DNA from: Synergistales bacterium
GTDB taxonomy: Bacteria; Synergistota; Synergistia; Synergistales; JAFGMB01
Direction: 5' to 3'
NCBI GenBank assembly: GCA_963666205.1
Contig: OY762654.1
Location: 224,001-288,000 of the forward strand
Length of the DNA: 64,000 nucleotides
How positions within the stretch are numbered: position 1 is the stretch's first letter; each line of letters starts with the position of its first letter. The translations under genes and the position numbers were made by a program. The notes beneath the pieces were generated by a model. The model had not been told where the DNA came from. It ran no database searches and was given only the letters and a program-made list of their open reading frames with translations. Positions 1-8,153 of this stretch are shown one piece after another.

Positions 1-743
1 GCCTTTCCTACGATAATAGTTTTCCCCATGATGGAATAGGTAACATCATACATCTTCATCAGATAACCAAAGGCCTCACTGAGAGGAACACCCTTGAGTG
101 TCATTGTTACATAAGCATCCGGAACTGATGGATCGGCGATGATATTCATGTTTATGATATCTCCGAACATCCTGAATACATCCCTGAGTTCCACATCCCT
201 CAAGTCCAGATTTACTGGAATATTCTTTGAAAAGGGATCATTTGTGTTGTAGGGTTTTAGGGAAACCCTGTCTTTCTTGAGTTGGAGCTTTTCCTTGGCA
301 ACCCTGTCACTGGTGTGCAGTTCAAGCATGAAACTGTTGGCAGGTGCCACACCAGTTACTTTGACAAGATCCAGCTTTTTGTTAACGGTAATGGTCATTA
401 CCAGGTCACTGCTCTCCTGAGCAAGCGAAATTCTGGAAATGAGGGGAGATGTATACCCCCTTGACCATGAGATGGAAGGAATATAAGAGTTCTCCCATTT
501 AATGACAAGACTTGAACTGGTCGAACTCACCACGATCGGGGCAGGCATTTCAGACCCCTTCACATTCATCAGGATACTTGAATCACCTATCTGTTGGAAA
601 ACCACTCCCTGAAGTGTGCTGAGGCCTTCGAGGTTATCGGGAAGGACAGATTCGGAAGCACCAGCTCCTGCAGGCAAATTTAATATAAATAAAGAGATCA
701 AGCAGATGGTGAGGCTAAGAACAGAACTTTTACATAACTTCAA
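1..743 (-). CDS. pilQ: Type IV pilus secretin PilQ, N-terminal part (runs off the left edge of the window; absent from the ORF track)
   Basis: Manual translation from TTG at 743 (SD GAAGGGGTGA upstream): signal-peptide-like start, then VNLDLRDVELRDVFRMFGDIINMNIIADPSVPDAYVTMTLKGVPLSEAFGYLMKMY, typical of the secretin N0/STN domain; directly follows pilMNOP. Confidence 0.85.
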   Translation of the reverse strand, partial: MKLCKSSVLSLTICLISLFILNLPAGAGASESVLPDNLEGLSTLQGVVFQQIGDSSILMNVKGSEMPAPIVVSSTSSSLVIKWENSYIPSISWSRGYTSPLISRISLAQESSDLVMTITVNKKLDLVKVTGVAPANSFMLELHTSDRVAKEKLQLKKDRVSLKPYNTNDPFSKNIPVNLDLRDVELRDVFRMFGDIINMNIIADPSVPDAYVTMTLKGVPLSEAFGYLMKMYDVTYSIMGKTIIVGK

Positions 744-761
744 CTGGATCTCACCCCTTCC

Positions 762-1403
762 TTACATCCCGGCGGGAATTTCGATATCTTCTCCCGCCCA
801 GGTTATTATAACTTTATCAGGTGTAATGACTTTAACCCGACCCATTCCTTCTCCAAAGGTATAGCCCGGCTTAACAACTAAGGCTTCTCCCTGGTTTTCT
901 ATGTCAAGAACAGCATTTGTACGCTGCCCAAGGGTCATTATAGCTCTCACCGTAATCAGAGGAGGGATCACCTCTTCCGGCTGCTTGAGAATTTCCTGCA
1001 TATCCGGGATAGCCCCGATGGGAGTTCCATCAGCGGTAGTTTCAGTGGAAAGCAACCCCTCTACCGGTTTAAGGGTCGGAATAAAGGGCTTTCTTGAACT
1101 CGTTGCTGCTGCAACTGCGATGGAACTGCTGCCGGTTCTTGCCAGAACTGCATCCCTGAAGGACTGGATGATCCCTTCAAGTCTCCGGGCATCATCAGCA
1201 GCGACGTTCTTTGCGGGCGGCAGCTTGATCTGGGTGGGTTCGGAAAAATCAAGAACCTTCTTGAACATGAAACCGGACCAGACTATACCTACAACAAGCA
1301 CAAGAGCAAAGAACCACCGGAGCGCCTTGTAACTGCCGGTACCATAAAGGATATTGCTCCACATCTCAGACAATGCACTTCCATAGCTTTCACTTCCAGC
1401 CAA
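762..1403 (-). CDS. PilP-like pilus alignment protein
   Basis: Position between pilO and pilQ; one N-terminal TM, Pro-rich linker with KPF, C-terminal beta domain (AVLDIE..LVVKPG..GRVKVITPDKVII). Start moved from 1460 to TTG 1403 behind SD GGGGAGGTG. Confidence 0.65.
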   Translation of the reverse strand: MAGSESYGSALSEMWSNILYGTGSYKALRWFFALVLVVGIVWSGFMFKKVLDFSEPTQIKLPPAKNVAADDARRLEGIIQSFRDAVLARTGSSSIAVAAATSSRKPFIPTLKPVEGLLSTETTADGTPIGAIPDMQEILKQPEEVIPPLITVRAIMTLGQRTNAVLDIENQGEALVVKPGYTFGEGMGRVKVITPDKVIITWAGEDIEIPAGM

Positions 1404-1404
1404 G

Positions 1405-1911
1405 CTATTCACCTCCCCTGAGAACAGATTCAATGGTGATATTACCCTTTGAAAGCCCATCTGTGCCTGAAGAAAGGTTCAGACCGGAAACTCTTACGAC
1501 AACATCCATACCTCTCCAATCGGCGAGGGTCTGAAGAATATCATAATAGGCGCCCTCAAAGTCGATCGCGACAGCACTTCTCCCTCCACCTGCTTTTGCT
1601 GCAGTGATCCGATTGGAACGTACCGTGTTATCTGTCATTTCCTGCTGCACTTTGTCATAAAAATCTACTTCATCTTCAGGTATTCCCAGTTGATATTTTT
1701 CAAGTTCAGCAATTGCCTTTTTGAAAACAGCAACCTGTTTGGTCTTTTCCTCTACAGATCGTTCAAGGGTCAACTGGTTTCTCTTTAATGTATCAAGCTT
1801 CTTCTTGGATTCTATAACCTTGCGGCTGAAAGTATATTCCCCGTATATAGTGAGTCCGAAAAGAATGATCAGGATAAGACCCAGTACGGTTTTTTTGCTG
1901 GGGCCCTTCAT
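1405..1911 (-). CDS. pilO: PilO-like protein
   Basis: TM + coiled coil + ferredoxin-like segment (IDFEGAYYDILQTLADW); position after pilN. Confidence 0.7.
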   Translation of the reverse strand: MKGPSKKTVLGLILIILFGLTIYGEYTFSRKVIESKKKLDTLKRNQLTLERSVEEKTKQVAVFKKAIAELEKYQLGIPEDEVDFYDKVQQEMTDNTVRSNRITAAKAGGGRSAVAIDFEGAYYDILQTLADWRGMDVVVRVSGLNLSSGTDGLSKGNITIESVLRGGE

Positions 1912-2501
1912 TATTTACCACCCCCTGAAATACCCGAGGGATTGACCTGGGCAATATCCCTGATCTGACAGCTGAAACTGAAATCCACCATGGGTATTCC
2001 ATCCTTTTCCTTACCTCTTCTGGTATCGGGAAAACTGACCGAAGTGACAAGATCTGATTCCAGTAAACCGCGAGCGAAAAGAACCACATCATTTTCACCA
2101 TAAGAGTTTCCCTTGAGTGAAACAGAACCCTTTTTAATGCTTATGCTGTTCAACCAGACACCAGATGGGAGATTCTGTTCAAGAAGACTCAGGAATTCTA
2201 TGGTAGGAAGTTCATCTTCCAGCAGGTTAAGGGCATCAACATAGACCTTTTCCTGTTGCTGAAGGCGTTTGAGTTCGTCTGCAAGTTTCGTGTTCTGGGT
2301 CGTCAATCTGGCGATCGTTTTTTCTGTCTGCTGGATCTCGGCTTTCATGTAGTGCGCTTTCAAGGCACCGTAAACAAGGGTCAGACCGGAGACTGCAACA
2401 AAAGCCAGTAGGAGTATCACCGCGACGTACTTTGATAAGCCAATGGCACTCACCTTTGGCTTGGCCTGTTTGTCAGGCCTGAGATCGATCTTTATGTTCA
2501 T
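1911..2501 (-). CDS. pilN: PilN fimbrial assembly protein
   Basis: N-terminal IDLRP (INLLP-like), TM, coiled coil, LPSGVWLNSI..VSLKG motif. Confidence 0.85.
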   Translation of the reverse strand: MNIKIDLRPDKQAKPKVSAIGLSKYVAVILLLAFVAVSGLTLVYGALKAHYMKAEIQQTEKTIARLTTQNTKLADELKRLQQQEKVYVDALNLLEDELPTIEFLSLLEQNLPSGVWLNSISIKKGSVSLKGNSYGENDVVLFARGLLESDLVTSVSFPDTRRGKEKDGIPMVDFSFSCQIRDIAQVNPSGISGGGK

Positions 2502-3424
2502 TTGAGATCCCTCACTGCGAGTCCGATGGCAGCATCCCAGCCAGAGGGTTTATCTCCTGCTCCCTTTATGCCCCAGAGACTCCATGGATCTGCGATGTCT
2601 ATCTGCATGGACAGTTCACTTGAAAGATAGTCACGGAAGGCCTCTTTTTCCTTGAGTCCCCCGGCAAGGATTATCTTTTCAACAACTACACCCCGGAGCT
2701 GTGCACTGACGAAGGAAAGGGTTGAACTCGATTCCCTGACAAGAAGTTCCTGGAATTTCTCTGTAGGCTGACTGAAACCGCCAAGAATACTACGGTAGAT
2801 AATACCGTTATCAAGATACCCGACAATGAACTGTGAGGTTTCCTGTCCGACAAAAATGGCAAGAACACCACCTGTGAAAGGAGCGATTGGGTTTGTAAGA
2901 GAACGGAACATGGCTATATTGATGGGTTCGATGGAGCCAACTGGCAGACCCACACGTCTCAGAGAATCGGAAAGGACCTCAATGGTCCTGCTCTTTGAAG
3001 CAGCAACCAGGATCTTCATCTGTTCAGGATCTTCATTCTGGGGATGATCGATCTCCGCTACGTCGAAGACCGCATCCAGAGCAGAAAAGGGTATGTGCTT
3101 TTCGAAATCCCATCGAAAGGCATTTCTTGCATCTCCTATTTCCATACGAGGCATATCAATAATTCGAATAAAAACATCTCTGGAAGGAATACCAACGGTA
3201 AGGTTGGAAGGTACTTTGTTTCCCAGACGGGTCTTTAGTGAAGAGAGAGCACCCTCCAGGACCTGAACATTAGAAATAGCATCCTGCTTTACTGCATCAG
3301 GAGGCAGAGGAACTTCAACCTTGTTCACAAGGGAGAGTCTATCAGGTTCGCCACTGAGTTCGAGGAAACGTATGACCTGGTCTTCTATACAAAGACCGGC
3401 ATGACCTTTACTTCTGCCAAACAA
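2498..3424 (-). CDS. pilM: PilM type IV pilus assembly protein (actin-like fold)
   Basis: IPFS..DAVFD, ILVAAS, IILAGG and terminal AIGLAVR motifs; first gene of pilMNOPQ. Confidence 0.85.
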   Translation of the reverse strand: MFGRSKGHAGLCIEDQVIRFLELSGEPDRLSLVNKVEVPLPPDAVKQDAISNVQVLEGALSSLKTRLGNKVPSNLTVGIPSRDVFIRIIDMPRMEIGDARNAFRWDFEKHIPFSALDAVFDVAEIDHPQNEDPEQMKILVAASKSRTIEVLSDSLRRVGLPVGSIEPINIAMFRSLTNPIAPFTGGVLAIFVGQETSQFIVGYLDNGIIYRSILGGFSQPTEKFQELLVRESSSTLSFVSAQLRGVVVEKIILAGGLKEKEAFRDYLSSELSMQIDIADPWSLWGIKGAGDKPSGWDAAIGLAVRDLK

Positions 3425-3673
3425 CAGATCACCCCGCTTTCGTATCTGGTCTACTGCTGATCCATAAACATCGATAACTTTAGAATAGAATACTCTAAAG
3501 TTATAACATACAATACAATCCTATCTTAATATAACTTAACAAAATTGTCGAATAATCAATTGAGAATTTATCCCTATTTCACAGGATTGACACAAATGAG
3601 GCACTATTAAAACATACCTCATTATAACTTGTTCTATATTTAATGTATTAGATAAGTTCCGATAATTAAAAAT

Positions 3674-4591
3674 CTAGTTTCGTATTCTCCAGCTTCCTTT
3701 TGTAACTGAAAGACGGTATTTCTTGGAATTTGTATCGATATCGGGTAATACATCCTCATCCCATCCTGGAATCGACCTGTCTGTTGCAAGACCAACATCG
3801 ATCTTATTCCCTCTTGTCAGGACATAGACGGAAAGTACACCACCATCATTTACAAAATAGATCTTTTCCACTCCATCAACACGAGGCTGAGCTGAACTGA
3901 TTGTCAGGTCATGTGTATAGAATTGACCATTTGAAACATAAGCATGGATCGCCCTTACATAATGAAGTTCATCATACTGGGCAATAATTCCTGAACCGGT
4001 TCCAAATGATTCCAGGGATAGATTGGGACTGGTAAAATTACTATAAACATGAAATGGTACATTGGCTGTTGGGAAAACAACCCATGCCTTCAAATCAGGA
4101 TTTGTGGAGTCATATTCAATATTATTACCATCAATGCTACTGTTCATAGTAATATCCGGAGACGGATCTGATGCAAAATCAACAGAATCAGCAATAACGT
4201 TTGATGAGGGCATAGAAAAACAGATGTAGATCTCATCATCGTCTGTTCCTGTTATTCTAATCGGTTCATCCATTGCAGAAACACCGGTAAAATTGTTAAA
4301 AGAATCGGCAAAATCAGGGGATTCATTGGGCATACCCAACCCAGCATGGAGGATGGGACCCTCCAGGATGGAAAGTACCATCTCGCCTCGCTGGCGGGCA
4401 GCGGTGATGTCATCGGTCTGCTCAAAATCAAAGATATATACCCACATAATGGAAACAACACCGGCAGTAATGATAAGGCCAACAACAATAACAATTAAAA
4501 GTTCAACCAGGGTAAAACCGCACTTCACCGTTGAACTTTCACTTTTTTTATAAGAACTGGAAATTCTTTTACTCTGCCGTTTTGTCAGCAA
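3674..4591 (-). CDS. PilW-like minor pilin (prepilin-type N-terminal cleavage/methylation protein); start uncertain
   Basis: Class III signal KCG|FTLVELLIVIVV with Glu5, large globular domain, C-terminal W-R-I-R-N ending. Confidence 0.8.
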   Translation of the reverse strand: MLTKRQSKRISSSYKKSESSTVKCGFTLVELLIVIVVGLIITAGVVSIMWVYIFDFEQTDDITAARQRGEMVLSILEGPILHAGLGMPNESPDFADSFNNFTGVSAMDEPIRITGTDDDEIYICFSMPSSNVIADSVDFASDPSPDITMNSSIDGNNIEYDSTNPDLKAWVVFPTANVPFHVYSNFTSPNLSLESFGTGSGIIAQYDELHYVRAIHAYVSNGQFYTHDLTISSAQPRVDGVEKIYFVNDGGVLSVYVLTRGNKIDVGLATDRSIPGWDEDVLPDIDTNSKKYRLSVTKGSWRIRN

Positions 4592-4978
4592 AGGGACTCA
4601 CCACCCTTGTGAGGGAAACATCTTTTCTGCCGATTCCTGAAGGATATTCGATTGTGACCTGGATGGTGCTTGAGGTTTGCAGAATAATCAACAGAAAGAA
4701 CAGCGGAATAATCAGAAGGAAGATCAAGGCTAACATTGAGGTCCGATTGAAGATCAGCGACATTCGTAGAACCGTTAAAAGAACTGTAATCTACTGTTTC
4801 AACCAGATCCAGGGCATGTATTGCATAGAGGGTTGCATTTTCCTTTTCCACGGACAAAGACATGAGTTTACTGTACAATGCCGGGATCTGTACTCAACGC
4901 CAGCAATGCAATGGTAGAATATCAAAGAGCAATTAATGTTTCTACCAAAGAAAATCCAGTTTTATCGTTTAAAATCAT
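4569..4978 (-). pseudogene. PilV-like minor pilin, frameshifted in this sequence (real pseudogene or sequencing error)
   Basis: ATG 4978 gives MILNDKTG|FSLVETLIAL then TGA; the protein continues in other frames as TIALLALS, ..LYSKLMSLSVEKENATLYA.. (ORF 4585-4878) and STIQVTIEYPSG..SPFADKTAE* (ORF 4569-4763). Confidence 0.75.
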
Positions 4979-5033
4979 ATTTCCTTTTCTCAGATTATTT
5001 AATAAGGCAATAGTGTTTCATAGCCTAGATTGC

Positions 5034-5063
5034 ACAAAGATGGATTTCCTTAAGGGAAATCCA
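5034..5063 (-). terminator. Probable intrinsic terminator after the major pilin gene
   Basis: 9-bp stem TGGATTTCC/GGAAATCCA (5041-5049, 5055-5063), 5-nt loop, followed on the minus strand by TCTTTGT. Confidence 0.55.
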
Positions 5064-5131
5064 CTGGAACCAAGTTCTTTCAGATTCCAGTTTTCCATGG
5101 ATTTCGTTAAATAAGTTTGATTTCGGTTTCA

Positions 5132-5613
5132 TTAGGCTGCCACTAGTTTCATATAAACGGTTGTACTGAGTACCTCCGGTAAAACCCGAATTTTCAGCGG
5201 TGTCGGAATAAAGACCGCTCATTCTTGCAATTTGCTATCATCTTCAATTATTTCATTGACGCCTGAATCAGAAGTAAGTATTTTGTCTCCCCACCATATA
5301 TATGGGACCCAGCTAAAGCTATTGAAGAGATCTGTTGTATTGAATTCTCGATCGCCATATTCATCCCAATCGCAAGCCAGTCAGTCATAGTATCTCCTGA
5401 TTCGGGCCATTGCATAATCAGCATCAGTCATAATAGAGCAGATGATTTAACCGTTCTCATATCACTTACAATTTTAGTTGCATTTGCCTTATCAGTTCCA
5501 GCACCAGCAACAAGGAGAAGTGCTCCTGCAAGGATACCAATGATGATAATGACGATAAGCAGTTCGACCAGGGTAAATCCGCGCATCTTTCTTTTCTTCA
5601 GAAATCTTTTCAT
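5132..5613 (-). pseudogene. Major type IV pilin (PilA-like), interrupted by a stop and frameshifts in this sequence
   Basis: Strong SD AAGGAGG, ATG 5613, MKRFLKKRKMRG|FTLVELLIVIIIIGILAG..ATKIVSDMRTVKSSALL then TGA; continues across frames as QWPESGD, DEYGDREF..SDSGVNEIIEDD, SGLYSDTA..FTGG and VYMKLVAA* (TAA 5132-5134). Confidence 0.75.
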
Positions 5614-5735
5614 TGTTAAAGTCCTCCTTATATAAATATAATTTTGAATTAAACTACCTTGCAAAACTGTATATGCTTGCCCTCCACCCGCTCTTTGTAA
5701 ACATCACCTCCTGTTTTAACTGGTTTCATATCTAT

Positions 5736-6949
5736 CTACATAAGTGCCTGAATGGCACCGATAATAGGCATGAATACTGCGAAAACCACAAGGGCTACTA
5801 CTCCGCCTACAAAAAGCATCAATACAGGTTCGAGAATAGATGTCAGGCGTTTGATGTTTTCATCAAGCTCCAGCTCAAACCAGTCTGCAACCTTGTTGAG
5901 CATTTCATCCAGGTGACCGGTCTCTTCACCCACTGTTATCATGTGGGCCACCATGGCCGGGAATATCTTCATATCCATGGCTGCAGCTCCGAGGGAATGG
6001 CCCCTTCTGGCTGCAAGTCGCAGATCCTCAAAACCGGTCCTGACAACGGAATTATTTGAAACATTGGCGGTCATCTCCAGCGATGAAAGGATGGGAACCC
6101 CTGATTCCACCAATGTGGCCAGGGTTCGCAGTGCCCTTGCCATGATCGCCTTGTACATGATCATACCCACGATGGGTATCCTCAATTTGAAACGATCCAT
6201 GAGAGGCCTTGTACTGTCAAGTCTGTTCATTGCGACTACACCAACAACAAGAATAATAATAACCAATAAGAGTGATGTACCAATGTTCCTGTAAGCCAGA
6301 TGGAACTGCTGAACATTATCCTGGTAGACCAGGGAAGAGTTATCCCCATGCCGCTGTAAACCTGCTGGAACCTTGGTATAACAATGGTGATGAGGAGATA
6401 AAGAACAAATAAAGCTACGCTCATGACCACACTGGGATAGGTCAGGGCCGAGATGATCTTTTTGCGAAGGGCATCCTGCCTTTCAAGAAATCCCGCCAGC
6501 CTGTCAAGGGTCGTATCAAGAACTCCGCCTTCTTCACCAGCCCTCACCATGGATATCATCAGGGTATCAAATTCCTTGCGGGTCCTCATGGCCGCACTGA
6601 AGGGAAATCCCCTGTCCACAAGGGTCTTCACATGCTTGATGGCATCGGCGAAGCGTTTGTTCTTGGTCTGTCCGGCCAGGATCTGAAGGGAACCTGCAAG
6701 AGTAATACCTGCTGCGATCATGGTTGCCAGCTGACGGAAAAAGATGGCCTTGTCCTTAAGCTTGACCGTCGATATTTTCTGCATTTTGTCAAGGAGCGAT
6801 TCCTCGCCACCCCCGGCGAGCTGGGTGATGGATATGGGAACGTTACCCTGGGATCTCAGCCACGCTACCACCTGTCCCTGGGACTGGGCCTGGTAAGTAC
6901 CTGTTGTTTCTCCGCCATCTACTGTTCTGGCTTTGTATTGAAAATTCAT
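5736..6949 (-). CDS. pilC: PilC/GspF inner-membrane platform protein, split into two ORFs by indels near 6260-6295
   Basis: FFRQLATMIAAG, AGEEGGVLD, ALTYP in the 5' part; GEETGHLDEML, LEPVL in the 3' part; the two overlapping ORFs together give a normal ~400 aa PilC. Confidence 0.9.
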
Positions 6950-7047
6950 ATCGGGGTTCCTCCACTTTCATTTCAATACATCTCTTCTTTTCTACAGGTA
7001 CGATGAAATCATAGCACCGGAAAAGAAGGACTATAGGACTATATGGA

Positions 7048-8136
7048 CTAGGCTATGTTGGACTCAAAGACTATCCTTTGTAGGTCTTTTGGATCATATG
7101 CGTACTGAACAGCCAGATCATAGGGCAATTTCTGCTCTTTTACCTTCTGGGCAAGGTCCTGGTCCATAGAATGCATCATCGACTCCGATCCGGTCTGGAG
7201 AAGACTCTTTATCTGTCCGGTCTTGGATTCACGTATGCAGTTACGGACAGCTGAATTTGCAATGAGAAGCTCAGTGGCCACGACCCTCCCTCCTCCAGGC
7301 AGGGGAACAAGCTGCTGGGAGCAGATGGCGATAAGTATGGTGCTGAGCTGCTGCCTCACCTGCTGCTGCTGGAAGGGCGGGAAAACGTCTATTATCCGGT
7401 CTATGGTCTGTGCCGCATCCTGGGTGTGAAGGGTTGCAAGAACGAGATGGCCGGTCTCAGCTGCAGTAACAGCTGCTGAGATCGTTTCCAGGTCACGCAT
7501 TTCTCCGATCATTATCACGTCAGGGTCCTGCCTAAGTGCCCGTTTGAGGGCCTCGGAAAAGCTGTTGGTGTCGCTTCCCACCTCTCTCTGGTGGATGATA
7601 CATTTTTCACTTGTGAACATATACTCTATGGGGTCTTCTATGGTTATTACGTGGGCCCGTCGGGTGACATTTATCTGCTGTACAATGGCTGCAAGGGTTG
7701 TGCTCTTGCCATGACCGGTGGGTCCGGTTACGAGGAAGAGGCCCCTTCTCCTTGATGCGATATCATCAAGGAAAGTGGGAAGGAGAAGCTGTCGTGTAGA
7801 CCTGACCCTGTTGGGGATCATACGAAGGGCTGCGCCAAGGTTGCCCAGCTGATGGTAACAGTTTCCCCTGAAACGGGCACTTTCACCCTCGGAAGAATTG
7901 AAGGTAAAGCTGAAATCCAGCTCTTTCTTTTCCTTGAGGGCTGCTTTCTGTTCAGGGCTGACAATGGCATTGATAAGGTCATCCACATCTTTTGAGCTAA
8001 GGGGCGGTATATTCCCTACATTGTAGAGTTCGCCATCGATCCTCATGGCAGGAGTTATTCCTACGCTGAAATGAAGGTCACTGGCATTTCTTTTTACAAC
8101 TTCCGCAAGAAGAGCCTGCATACTCAGATTAGCCAT
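7048..8136 (-). CDS. pilT: Twitching-motility retraction ATPase PilT
   Basis: ASDLH, Walker A GPTGHGKST, TIEDPIE, RQDPDVIMIGEMRD, AETGHLVLATLHT, AVRNCIRE (AIRNLIRE-like). Confidence 0.95.
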   Translation of the reverse strand: MANLSMQALLAEVVKRNASDLHFSVGITPAMRIDGELYNVGNIPPLSSKDVDDLINAIVSPEQKAALKEKKELDFSFTFNSSEGESARFRGNCYHQLGNLGAALRMIPNRVRSTRQLLLPTFLDDIASRRRGLFLVTGPTGHGKSTTLAAIVQQINVTRRAHVITIEDPIEYMFTSEKCIIHQREVGSDTNSFSEALKRALRQDPDVIMIGEMRDLETISAAVTAAETGHLVLATLHTQDAAQTIDRIIDVFPPFQQQQVRQQLSTILIAICSQQLVPLPGGGRVVATELLIANSAVRNCIRESKTGQIKSLLQTGSESMMHSMDQDLAQKVKEQKLPYDLAVQYAYDPKDLQRIVFESNIA

Positions 8137-8153
8137 CTGTTCCACTCCCCCTA

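Noticed and set aside
5640..5735. sigma54 promoter or leader peptide upstream of the major pilin
   Set aside because: The GG and TTGC elements are 17 nt apart rather than GG-N10-GC; an SD-like AGGAGGTG is present but not properly spaced from a start codon
4531..6294. Plus-strand ORFs 4531-4917, 4878-5114, 5613-6059, 5941-6294 as novel small genes
   Set aside because: The region is explained by frameshifted pilin and pilC genes on the minus strand
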